A stretch of DNA of 64,000 bases from Octopus vulgaris. Lineage: Eukaryota. Positions 1 through 12,012 of this stretch are shown in pieces. Numbering within the stretch: the first letter of the stretch is position 1; every line of letters begins with the position of its first letter. The notes below the pieces were generated by a model. That model was not told the origin of the DNA and searched no databases. It was given only the letters and a program-made list of their open reading frames with translations. The stretch covers positions 52,328,001-52,392,000 of the forward strand of contig OX597819.1 in assembly GCA_951406725.2 (NCBI GenBank), written 5' to 3'. The translations under genes were made by a program, and so were the position numbers.

Positions 1-2030
1 TGCATGCATGCATGCATGTAAATAGAGAAAATCAGTTCCTGCACGTGTTTATAGCACAGAAATGAGATGCAACAGGACAGTGACAGACAAGCTATTACAG
101 CCTAACCTCTGTCACCCTCTGTGTTTGCACCAATGCAAACACACCTGTGTCCACGCATGTGTGCATGCATGGCGTGTGCTATTCTTTGAGAAAGGTTGGT
201 GCTTAGACGAGAGGGCATAGATGCTCTGAGTAATGCTGAACAGAACTAAGAGTCCTCAAAGTGCTGCTAAGATGTGCCGTGCTGATAGAGTAGCTATGCA
301 GATATATTTCATCACTACTGTTATGGCATACACGCAGCTATCTTTCGTATACACGGGTATGCATACTAGCATGTATGCTAGTATGCACATTAGCGTGATG
401 TTATGTATGTGTATTTGTACGTATGTAAACATGTATGTATATATGAATGCAAGCATGTATATATGTATCAACATATGAATGTATGCGTGTATGTATGTGG
501 GTATTGAGGTGAAATGGATAGAATTATCTAAAAGAAAATAAAAGAAAAAACTAAAATTTCCAATAAAAGATGACTTTAGGGGATTAACCTTTGTTTTGTG
601 TTTTACTATGTATGTTGTCTTTTTTTTTGTGGTGGTGGTGGGTATAATTTCAATGTTTTTTTTTTAAATTTTTGTTTTCTTTTTCATTAACCTTTGTCTC
701 TTTAATAGTTAACTTTTCTTTCATTTTTGGGTTTTTTTTTTTTATTCCATTTATTTTCAATTTCAATAGAGAGGGAGGGAAAGAGGGAGACAGAGACATG
801 ACAGCAAGAACAGCAATGATGGATATGGACTGTTGCTGCTTTGTTTTTATTTTTTGGTTTTTGCTTCCTCTTTTACGGTGCTGCCACCACTCTGCTCCGT
901 AGCAAAAAGTTCTTCCGTAAAACTTTCCAGTGCCGTTCAGGTAGTGGTAAGGGTGAGGGAAATAGGGTAGGGGAAAGGCAAAACACAAAAAAAATCTGAA
1001 ATAATTTCATGAATCTGTTTCCTATTGTCGGCCCTGAAACAGAGGAGTGGGGGATGTCATTCAAGGGAACAGGGATCTGGTCATATCCAGGGAGGACCAA
1101 AGTTTTCACTGGCCACTAGTAGAATTGGCTTGCCCACACTTTTTGTTATTATTTTTATGTTATTTTTTTGTATTAATGCAGATTCATTAAGAAATTTTTC
1201 TTCATTTTTTTTAAAAAGATTTTTTACGACCAACAGTTTCTTTCTGTGTTCTATCAGGATTTTCTTTCCTTTACCGTTTATTTATATATTATACCTTAAT
1301 TTTAATTAATTTTTTTTTCCTTTTTAGGCAGGAAGGGAGTTTGGTGCAAGCATTACTGTTTGATTGAAGGACGAAACAGAACAGGATAAAGATTACAAGG
1401 TAATTGTTGGAATATGACAAAGACAGTTTGCATTATTCGGTCTCCTTCAAAACAACATTGCTTGGCATGAAATTACATGTTCAGTTTCTTCTCCTGCTTT
1501 TCTTTGTTTCAATTACTGCTGCTACAGCAGTTGTTGTTGACGTTGTTGTTATTGTCGATAGTATTTTTTTTATCTTCTTAAATCTAAGTTCTGAAGGCCA
1601 ATCTACTGCTGGTGGTATAAGTGATTAACTGCTCCTGCAATGCTGTCGATGTCGCTGTTGGTTTCTGTTGCCTTTGTTGTTGTCGTCAGCATCCCTGTTC
1701 TCTTCCGTTTTTATTAAGTAAGTGGCAGACAGTAAGTACTGATGCAATGGTATCAATAGAGATAGCAAGCAAAACACACTCAAAATGCCAGCCGCAGGTA
1801 GATATAACTGAAGAATCTGGCACCAATAGTTCATTGTTAAAGTTCCACCATTCTGTAAGTTTGGGCAGAAACCTCAACCTTTACTTTTCCATATTCCTTT
1901 CCATTTGCTGACAAAGTCAGTAATTTTTTCAAAGGAAATATCTGCAAATACAAAGAAGAGAAAGAGAAAATGACAATAATTGTATCTGAAGAGAAATCAA
2001 AACTAATCAACCAACTTATAGAAATATTTA

Positions 2031-2351
2031 GGAGCACTCCATCAGTTGCGATGACGAGGGTCCCAGCTGATCCAATCAACAGAACAGCTTGCTCATGAAA
2101 TTAACATGCAAGTAGCTGAGCACTCCACAAACACGTGTACCCTTAACGTAGTTCTCAGGGAGATTCAGCGTGACACAGAGTGTGACAAGGCTGACCCTTT
2201 GAAATACAGGTACTACTCATTTTTGCCAGCTGAGTGGACTGGAGCAACGTGAAATAAAGTGTCTGGCTCAAGGACACAACGCACCGCTGGGAATTGAACT
2301 CATGACCTTACAATCATTAGCCGAATGCCCCTAACCACTAAGCCAAGCACC
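2031..2351 (-). mobile_element. tRNA-derived CORE-type SINE (tail variant 1)
   Basis: Minus strand: A-box TGGCTTAGTGG, B-box GAGTTCAATTCC, then TTGTGTCCTTGAGCCAGACACTTTATTTCACGTTGCTCCAGTCCACTCAGCTG, a CORE-like block shared with 28366 and 60075. Confidence 0.8.
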
Positions 2352-2376
2352 TTGACATATAGAAACATATACAACA

Positions 2377-3190
2377 AGCACAGCTATGGTTAAAGAGCTT
2401 GCTTTGCAATGAATGACATGGTTTTGAGTTCAAATCCCACTACATGGTACCTTAGGCAAGTGTCTTCTATCATAGCCCCAGACTGACCAACACCGTGGGA
2501 GTGAATTTGGTAGACAGAAACTGTATGGAAGCCTGTTGTTATAGGGTTTGGGGTTCAGTTTCACTGCACAGCTCTTTGGGCAAATGTCCTCTGGACCTTG
2601 TGAGAGAACTAAATCAATGGAATCTAAAGTCTGTCATGTATATACATGTGTGAATGTGCTTATCAACATTCAGTGTTTTAAACCCAGGTTTTGTCCCCGT
2701 TAACTAGGGTGGCAGGATCTACCTTGACGCCATAGCAATTGAGGTAGGCAGGTGCAGCCCAACCCAACCTTTGGGCTGGCTGACAAGTGCCTATCTTCCT
2801 TTTTTATCATGAGACTTTTTTGGAGCTGGATTTTCTACGGGGATCATGCCCTTGCTTACCCCCAACCTCAATTTCTAGACATGAGTGGTCCGAGATCAAG
2901 GCCCCTACTATGATTTTAAAGAAATGTGGTGGCAAACTAGCCCAAGAAGGCAGGGACACTACTCCCTGAGACCCCTTTCAAAGCCCCCTCCCCTTAGATA
3001 AATGTGTGTGTGTCTTTGTGTTTGCCTCCACAACCACTTGACAGCCAGTGTTGGTTTGTTTATGTCCCCATAATGTCACATATAGAATAAGTATCAGACT
3101 TAGCAATATAACTACTGGCATCAATCTGTTCAGCCCTTAAAGGTGTGCCCCAACATGGTCACAGTCCAACGACTAAAACAAGTAAAACAG
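2377..3190 (+). mobile_element. Composite of diverged SINE family A fragments, interrupted by an unrelated insert at ~2700-3000
   Basis: Head fragments (CCTTAGGCAAGTGTCTTC, GAATTTGGTAGACAGAAACTG) and tail (ATAGAATAAGTA...CATGGTCACAGTC...AAACAAGTAAAA) match family A. Confidence 0.7.
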
Positions 3191-3199
3191 AGAGAAACA

Positions 3200-3406
3200 C
3201 ATGCCAACGAAGGAGCCTGTAGCTGGTAACTTAACCTGCTAGAAACAACAGTCATATCTCCCTCAAATATCTTACAGCCATGAAAAGAAGGGAAAAAAAC
3301 ATTACATAATGTAATTCTAGCTATGCAATAACAAAATGAAGAACAAGATGGCCATGGCTGGAATGCTTTGCATCAATAGGTCTGCTGAGTGAGAGCTAAC
3401 TTGGGG
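3200..3406 (-). repeat. Family E interspersed repeat
   Basis: Reverse complement of the AGCCCCAAG...CATTCCAGCCATG...GAGGGAGAT...TTTCTAGCAGGT motif set. Confidence 0.65.
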
Positions 3407-3818
3407 CTCTTTTACTCTTTTACTTGTGTCAGTCACTTAGCTGTGGCCATGCTGGAGCAACGCCTCTAGTCAAGCAAATCAACCCCCAGGACTTATTCTT
3501 TGTAAGCCTAGTACTTACCCTATCGGTCTCTTTTGCTGAACTGCTAAGTTACGGAAACATAAACACACCAGCATCAATTGTCAAGCAATGTTGGAGGGGG
3601 ACAAACACAGACACACAAATATATATACACACACATATATATATATATATATACATATATACGACAGGCATCTTTCAGTTTCCATCTACCAAATCCACTC
3701 ACAAGGTTTTGGTCAGCCCAGGCTATAGTAGAAGACACTTGCCCAAGGTGCCATGCAGTGGGACTGAACCCGCAACCATATGGTTCGTAAGCAAGCTACT
3801 TACCACACAGCCACTCCT
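3407..3818 (-). mobile_element. Full-length tRNA-derived SINE family A (~400 bp, internal (TA)n/(TG)n)
   Basis: Minus: GGAGTGGCTGTGTGGTAAGTAGCTTGC...GGTTCAGTCCC...CCTTGGGCAAGTGTCTTC...microsatellite...CAGCATGGCCACAG...AAGTAAAAAGAG. More than 15 related copies in the window. Confidence 0.9.
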
Positions 3819-4277
3819 ACACCTATAAAAAAAAACATTTCCCCACCAGACAAAAAATTCACAGTCAACTCCCACAGAAATTGAACTCAGAAACAGAAGC
3901 CACAAACACATCAGTGCAGTGAAAATTATCGACTACCTCTTTCGTTATTGTTTCAGCTAATTATGCCAAAGATTATTAATGACTCTATTATGCCATACTT
4001 GTTTTACCATATCACTGCAAGGTTAAATTTTTGCAGTCAATATTTTCATCTGATTATGGCTGGTAACTTAATTTATTTCTCACATTAACAACAGCAACAA
4101 CAACAACAACATGTATCCAAAAGTATTTCTTTAATGAAGAGAATTATGCAAATAGCTCCTGGAATTATAGGATTGTGGATTCTAGTCATAACTAAAATTT
4201 AAAAAAATAATTTATTAAAAAAAACAAACAAAAAAAAGCACAGCTGCAAATAGAAATTAATAATAATAATAATAATA

Positions 4278-4800
4278 AATGCCCTGATGTAGTACCAGGC
4301 AGTGGCTCTCGTGGCTTCTGATCTTAACTGATTGGAAGTGTTATCATGTACATTGTTTTGTCTTGGTATACAAAGATGGGCAACAACAAATATTCTACTC
4401 AATACCAGATTTGCTTGTTAGTTGCTTGACTTTAACCAGTTGAGTATGTCTCTTGGTGGCCGACAATATGGGCATCTCTGATTGTGAGCAGAAGTAGTGG
4501 GGGAGCATCATAGCCATGTGCTGAGAGGGATTCTTTGGGACTTGGATAATTTACCTCTGGAAACATGGGTGTTTTGTTCATCATCCTTAAACAACCTTTA
4601 TTCAGGGACCTTTTGAGTGGGATAAGCTACTCAACTTGAAGAAAATTCTAACTGATATGAGATCACTATGTTACACACATATGGTTGTGATGCATGCACC
4701 TGGTGTACCCTTATCAGATGAGTAATCATGATGGGTAAATTGGGTTTCATATATTTGTATCCCAATGTCACTTTGATGGCATGCATTGCTCTCTCACTCA
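4278..4800 (+). mobile_element. Family C ~520-bp element flanked on both sides by (AAT)n
   Basis: Homologous to 37086-37566 and 54990-55510. Starts AATGCCC, ends CTCTCACTC(AAT)n. Confidence 0.85.
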
Positions 4801-4819
4801 ATAATAATAATAATAATAA

Positions 4820-4990
4820 TATTGATTTCAAATTTTGGTACAAGGCCAACATTTTTGAAGGCAGGGAATTAGTTAATACCATCAACCGTAATGCTTGACC
4901 GGTATTTTATTTCATCAACTCAGAAAGGATGAAAAAAGCAAAGTTGACCATTGCAGGATTTGAACTCAAGATGTATGAAGCCAAGAGGAA
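4820..4990 (-). mobile_element. SINE family B, diverged
   Basis: Reverse complement of GAGTTCAAATCC...GTCAACTTTGC...CATCCTTT and the GGCCTTGTACCAAAAT tail. Confidence 0.7.
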
Positions 4991-5141
4991 CTTTTGGATG
5001 CCATGTGTGGAACTGCCAGTAATAATTCTGCTCCTTACATCCTTGCAATAATAATATCTATCCATGTCAAAATTTCTTCTACTCATTTAATGAGTAATAT
5101 AGGTTCCTACAATTTGTCTAAAATATTTTCAGAATTATGAA

Positions 5142-5543
5142 GTGTAGCTGTGACTGTGTGGTAAGAAGTTTACTTTTCAACCACATGGTTCTGGGATCAG
5201 TCCCACTGCATGGCACCTTGGGCAAGTGTCTTCTACTCAAGCCTTGAGCTGACCAAAGCCTTGTGAGTGGGTTTGGTGGATGGAAACTGAAAGAAACCTG
5301 TTGTGTGGGTGTATGTGTGTGTTTTGTGTCTGTGTTTGTCTACCACCACCACCACCACTTGACAACCAGTGCTGGTATGTTTACGTCCCTGTCACTTAAC
5401 AGTTCAGCAAAAGAGACCAATGGAATAAGAACTAAGCTTAAAAAAGAATGTACTGGAGTCCATTCAGTCGACTAAAAATTCTTCAAGGGGGTTGCCCCAG
5501 CATGGCCACAGACTAATGACTGAAACAAGTAAAAGATAAAAGA
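5142..5543 (+). mobile_element. SINE family A
   Basis: Collinear match to the family A head, core and tail. Confidence 0.85.
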
Positions 5544-6430
5544 CTTAGGAATAACATTATCAACAGCACAAATTAATTGGCTGCATGAGAATCATCAGAG
5601 ACAGAATACGATGTCTCCAGTGAGGTTTGAAATCACCAACTTGTGAACAAAACAGAAAAAGTAAAGTTTATAGCTTTTGCAAGAAGACTATATGAACTCT
5701 AATTTCTTGTCATAGCTAGCAAGAAAGGTCAGAAAATAGAAGAAGCAAGCTACTCAATGGTTGAAGCAATAAGATAGATCACTTAAGTGCAAGCTCTATT
5801 CAGTAGATTGTTCTCTTAGCTTTTCTGATTAATAAGTCGTTCATTGTACCACCTCAAGACTGAATGACTTGGAGTTAAGATTTGACTAACTCTCAACACA
5901 TAAGCTAACAGATTGATCCTGACAGCAAACCACTCCAAAAAATGTACTTCCAGGCCACTGCCAGAATGGTCTTTTAATATAGAGATTTTTCAAGAACTTC
6001 ATCTGGAAAATGGATAGTGTATCACTTCAGTAGAGTAATAAATATATAAGAAATGGAATCGGGAGAAAACGCAGTGAAGAAAGAAGAGAGGCGATTGAGG
6101 TCAGAGAATTGTCATTCATATAGGGAAGGTGATACAAATAGAGAATAAATATTGAGACAGATAGACAGATAGATGAAGAGAGAGAGAGAGAGAGAGAGAG
6201 GTGGGAGAAGAGACAAGTATGTAATGATAAAATAGAGTAGAAAATGATGATGAGACCAGGGTAGAAGTGGAGAAGGTGTTGAAGGAAAGATGGGTAAAAA
6301 GCCATGATGATGGGAAGGTGAATAAAGAAATTAGCCAATCTTTATGACCAGCCAACCTTTCTAGCAGCCATGCCTGCACTTTCATTATAGGTATAATCCT
6401 TTTTTGTTGTTGTTGCTACTGTTCTGTCTA

Positions 6431-6473
<43 letters not shown>

Positions 6474-7000
6474 TTTTCTGAGAACTTAAGTCTGATTAGT
6501 TCCAACCTTTGTGGAATGTGGATGTGAAATGATTGTCTGTAAAAGCCAAGTCAGCCAATCTCTCTATCTCTCTCTCTCTCTCTTTCTTTCTTCTCAATCA
6601 TCTCCTCATCCACTCAACTCTTTCTCCTTCTCCCTTTCACTTCAACACCCCCACACACACACACACTCCATCTCCCACTCCTTCCTTCCTCCAGTGTGTC
6701 TGTCACAAGCCAGCCAGGTCTTTTGAATCTACTTTAAATGGTAAGGTGGTGAGGACAATAATTCACACCAGGCAGTGGTCCACAGATACATATGGAGACA
6801 GCCAGCTAATTGTATTCTGCCAGCATCATTTAGCCTCCTTTACAACAGTTAACAAAGGAGTGAAAGCAAAGCCAGGAAAGACATCACTCACCAGTAATGG
6901 AAATACTCACATCTCAATTTTACAATATTTCTGCTGCTTCTACTGTAATTACAAAACAGATTTCCCTCTTTTTTCTTTTCTTTTTCTTTTCTTTTCATTC

Positions 7001-8063
<1,063 letters not shown>

Positions 8064-8514
8064 ATTTGTAACAGTGAGTGGTAAGGGTAGAGGGCTTTAT
8101 ATATGTATTTTTTTGGCTCCTTGTTTGCTTTCTCTCCCCACCCACCCCACCTCTCTCTCTCTCTCTCACTCTCTCTTGCTCGCCTTTCTTCTTTACCTTC
8201 CCTAGCAATACAGGTAAGTATTTATAGCTTCAAGTAGATAATGCCACTCTAATGGTGTTGGTTTCTTCCAATAATAGAAATGGCCATTACATGAGATGGA
8301 GGAGAAGGGGAAGAAAAAGAAAGGAAAAAAAAATAAAATCGACATCATCAACAATGACGGCTTCTGTTATTGACCACAAGGGCCTAATATGTCAGGGGAC
8401 ATAACAAAGGCAAAATACAAAAATATATTGAAGGATTTACATAAAGTAAAATAAGGCCATCAACAATAACTACAAAGAATAAATAATATGGTAATGATTT
8501 CAAACTTTGGTCGG

Positions 8515-8910
8515 CGCCGTGGATAAAATGCCTGATGGTATTTGTTCTGGCTTTTCACATTCTAAGTTCAAATCCCACCAAGTTCTGTATTGCCTTTCAT
8601 TCTTTCAGATTTGATAAAGCAAGGTTCCAGTCAAATGTTGGGGGGGTCAATGTAACTGACTAACTTCCGCCCCCTCAAAATTGATGGCTTTGTACCTAAA
8701 TCAGAAAGCAGTATCATATATGTAACGGTGCCCAGAAAATGGTATGCAGTATTTCTTTTGGCCCTATATGTTCTGAGCTCAAATCCCCTTGAGGTCAACT
8801 TTGCCTTTTGTTCTTTTGAGGTCAATAAAATAAAGTAGCACTCAAGTACTAGGGTCAGTGTAAGTCACCATCCCCAAATTTCAGGCCCTGTGCCTATATC
8901 AGAAATAAAT
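8515..8910 (+). mobile_element. Two tandem diverged SINE family B copies
   Basis: TTCT(A/G)AG(T/C)TCAAATCCC...TTGCCTTT...AAATTTCAGGCCCTGTGCCTA motif set occurs twice. Confidence 0.7.
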
Positions 8911-9029
8911 TAGGTGCAAAAAAAAAAAATGCCCAGCAGCATTCCTTCAAGGTCTTTAGGTTCTGGATTCAGAAATAAGAATAAAATCTTCCTCAAATCC
9001 ACAAATCACATTGTACCATCTATCAACCC

Positions 9030-9270
9030 TATATTTATTTGTTTATTGCCCATGGGGATGGGGCTAAACAGAGGGAACATACAAGGACAAACAAAAGGAT
9101 TAAGTTGATTACATCAACCCCAGTGCATAACTGGTACTTATTTAATCGACCCCAAAAGGATGAAAGGCAAAGTCGATTATAGCGGAATTTGAACTCAAAA
9201 TGTAACAGCAGATGAAATACTGCCAAGTATTTTTCCTGGCATGCTAATGATTCTGCCAGCTCACTGCCCT
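9030..9270 (-). mobile_element. SINE family B (tail type 1)
   Basis: Minus: GGCAGTGAGCTGGCAGAATCATTAGCATGCC...GACTTTGCCTTTCATCCTTTTGGGGTCGATTAAATAAGTACCAG...TTGTCCTTG...TTTAGCCCC. Confidence 0.85.
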
Positions 9271-9426
9271 TATCAATCCTATATTGGTCAATGCAGGCAT
9301 ACAATATCTAAATTTAGGCTGCAATGTTTCTCATAGTAAATAGGTCAGCAGGATCAGAGTTGACCAATGGTTAAATAACAACAATACTAAATATCATTTC
9401 TAGCAATGGCACAAAACCACATCTTT

Positions 9427-10012
9427 TTTTATTGTTTTGTTTCAGTCATTAGATTGTGGCCATGGTGGGGCACCACTTTGAACAATGTTTATCAAACAAA
9501 TCGACACCAGTAATTATTTTTTTTAAAACCTGTACTCATTTTATCGGTCTCTTTTGCCAAACCACTAACTTGTCAAGCAGTGGTGTGGGACAAACACAGA
9601 CACATAGATATATATATACATCATCATCGTTTAGCATCCGCTTTCCATGCTAGCATGGGTTGGACGGTTCAACTGGGGTCTGGGAAGCCAGAAGGCTGCA
9701 CCAGGCCCAGTCTGATCTGGCAATGTTTCTATGGCTGGATGCCCTTCCTAATGCCAACCACTCCGTGAGTGTAGTGGGTGCTTTGTACATGCCAGACGAG
9801 GCTGGCAAACAGCCACAATCAGATGGTGCATTTTATGTGCCACCGGCATGGAGGTCAGGCGAGGTTGGCAACGGCCACGATTGGATAGTGCTTTTTGGCT
9901 TTGGTCAGCCTGAAGCTATGATATAAGATACTTGCCCAAGGTGCCATGCAGTGGGACTGAACTCAGAACTTGTGGTTAGGAAGCAAACATCTTACCACAC
10001 AGCCACTCCTGC
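9427..10012 (-). mobile_element. SINE family A interrupted at its central microsatellite by a family D element (~9619-9895)
   Basis: Family A tail at 9427-9618 and head at ~9900-10012 flank a (CAT)n-bounded family D segment. Confidence 0.75.
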
Positions 10013-10175
10013 ACCATTTTTTGTGGAAGATTACAGTTGATTACTTCGATCTAAGTATGTAACTATTTTACGGTAATTATTTTACTGACCAGGGAGAGAG
10101 ACAAAAGCCAATGCCTCCAAAGTAGACATTGCTGTTCATTATTCTGGGAGAAAGAAATTAGAAGCGAATAATTAC

Positions 10176-10333
10176 CTTGGCATTGGCCTTTGTTTTGCAT
10201 GTCCTTAATGAAATTTGATCCATCGCATGTGTTTAGGTCATTACTAATTAGCACTGTGGTCACTCCACTGTGGCTAAAGTCACCGCTCTGTTGTGCAAGG
10301 TACTGACAACAATCCACAATCTCAACCAGGCAC
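10176..10333 (-). other. Candidate exon (158 nt, one open frame) of an unidentified transcript
   Basis: Minus: TTTTCTTCTTTCTTTGTCTCTACAG| acceptor and CAAG|GTAATT donor. Frame CLVEIVDCCQYLAQQ...NKGQCQ is open but unrecognised. Confidence 0.25.
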
Positions 10334-10661
10334 CTGTAGAGACAAAGAAAGAAGAAAATATAGGTTATGATATTTTAGTAATGGGTAATGAGGATAACGA
10401 AAGGAAAGGAATCATCAGTAAATATCAACAAAAATAAATAAATAAATAATAATAATAATAATCATTTTTATGAGATTAATTGAAGAAGCCTGTAACTCTT
10501 TACAGACCTACACAGCATATGAAATTTGTACACATGTTTATTCATAACTACTTATTGATTATATAGTTGGTATATCTTTTTATTAAATCTCAGCTGTGAA
10601 TCATGTACCTTTATAAATTGTTTTTTCATGTCAATAATAGTTTGTTAATGTTTTCATAAGT

Positions 10662-11050
10662 AAGCGGTGAAACGTTGGCATGCCAGGTGGCATGCTTAAT
10701 GGTATTTCATCTGCGGTTACATTCTGAGTTCAAATTCCACCGAGTGCCTTTCATCCTTTTGGGGTTGATTAAATAAGTACTAGTTACGTACGCACTGGGG
10801 TTGAATATAATCAACTTAATCTGTTTGTCTGTCCTTGTTTGTCCTCTCTGTGTTTAGCCCCTTGTGGGTAGTAAAGAAATAGGTATTTCGTCTGTCTTTA
10901 CATTCTAAGTTAAAATTCCGCCAAGGTCAACTTCGCTTTTCATCCTTTTGGGGTCGATAAAGTAAGTACCAGTTCAGCACAAGGTTTCAATGTAGTTGAC
11001 TTACCCGCTCCACCAAACTTGTTGGCCTTGAGCCAAAATTTTATGCCAAT
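10662..11050 (+). mobile_element. Head-to-tail SINE family B dimer (tail type 1, then type 2)
   Basis: Two successive TTTCATCCTTTTGGGGT(T/C)GAT blocks followed by different tails. Confidence 0.8.
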
Positions 11051-11099
11051 AGTTTCAGAAGTAGATAAATTCTTTGCTACAGGTGTTGAGACAGGAAGA

Positions 11100-11141
11100 G
11101 ATCCCTGATGAGTTTTAAGAAAGACAAAACTAGTCCTGATC
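11100..11141 (+). ncRNA. Degenerate minimal type I hammerhead ribozyme motif
   Basis: CTGATGA-GTTTT-AAGA-AAGAC-AAAA-CTAGTC: 5-bp stem II, palindromic ACTAGT stem III, GAAA decayed to AAAA at a CpG. Confidence 0.55.
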
Positions 11142-11287
11142 CTCACTTTCACATACTGATTATGAATTCCATGCTCACAAACACACACATACAAACATAT
11201 GTACATGTGTGTGTGTGTGTGTATTTTGCATTTTTTTCATAAGTAGCTATAACTTACTTTCTGCCTCTGTACACATAGAAATCAGAT

Positions 11288-11337
11288 GTAAGCACTACTG
11301 ATGAGCTTTTAAAGACAGATGAAACTAGTCATTTTAC
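11288..11337 (+). ncRNA. Degenerate minimal hammerhead motif
   Basis: CTGATGAG-N15-GAAACTAGTC: core intact, stems I and II eroded. Confidence 0.5.
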
Positions 11338-11606
11338 TGTTCAGTCAGTTCTGCAGTGAAGGTTGTGGTTTAACCATGTGATCTATTTGCACAGTTAGGC
11401 TACATGTACATCAATCAAATGAACACATGTAAGTAATTTACAACTTAACCACACACAAACAATATAAGCGGTGTGAATAAAGAATGACTGAAATAAATTT
11501 AAATATCCAAAAGAGCCTTAGCTGTGATAGAAAATTATAAGAATGCAAATACGTTCTTTCTACATTTCCAGTGTGAGGAGGAACAAAGAGAGGAAAACTC
11601 CTGATG

Positions 11607-11637
11607 GACATTTCACAGCTTGTTGACTGCTTCTCAG
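11607..11637 (-). ncRNA. Degenerate minimal hammerhead-like motif
   Basis: Minus: CTGAGAA-GCAG-TCAACAAG-CTGT-GAAATGTC. Stem II pairs, but the core deviates from CTGANGA. Confidence 0.35.
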
Positions 11638-11796
11638 AAGAGACATATTTGATTTCCATTTCCAGTTGATAGTATAGAATATCAGCTGCCATATAAAGAG
11701 GTCCTGAGTTAACCTATTACCATAGCAGATACTGTAACTTGTATATTTGTACTTTAGATACCTCATCGTTAATTAATATATATATTTCATGTGCAA

Positions 11797-12012
11797 GGCA
11801 ACAAGCTGGTAGAAATCTTAGCACACGAGATGAATTACTTAGTGGTGTTCCATCTGTCTTTACATTCTGAGTTCAAATTCCGCTCAGGTCAACTTTGTTG
11901 TTCATCCTTTTGGGGGTCGATAAATTAAATACCAGTTGCATACTGGATCAATCTAATCGACTGGCCCCCTCCCCAAAAATTTTGGGCCTTGTGCCTATAG
12001 TAGAAAAGAATA
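11797..12012 (+). mobile_element. SINE family B (tail type 2)
   Basis: AAGCTGGTAGAA...GAGTTCAAATTCC...TTCATCCTTTTGGGGGTCGATAAATTA...CCCTCCCCAAAAATTTTGGGCCTTGTGCCTATAGTAGAAAAG. Confidence 0.8.

Noticed and set aside
1328-1399. Plus-strand exon-like segment (TTTTTAG| ... AAG|GTAATT)
   Set aside because: Stops in all three frames; at most a non-coding exon, with no further support.
3424-3828. Recurrent peptide ...EDTCPRCHAVGLNPEPCG (CxxC, zinc-finger-like)
   Set aside because: Antisense translation of SINE family A, repeated in many copies; not a gene family.
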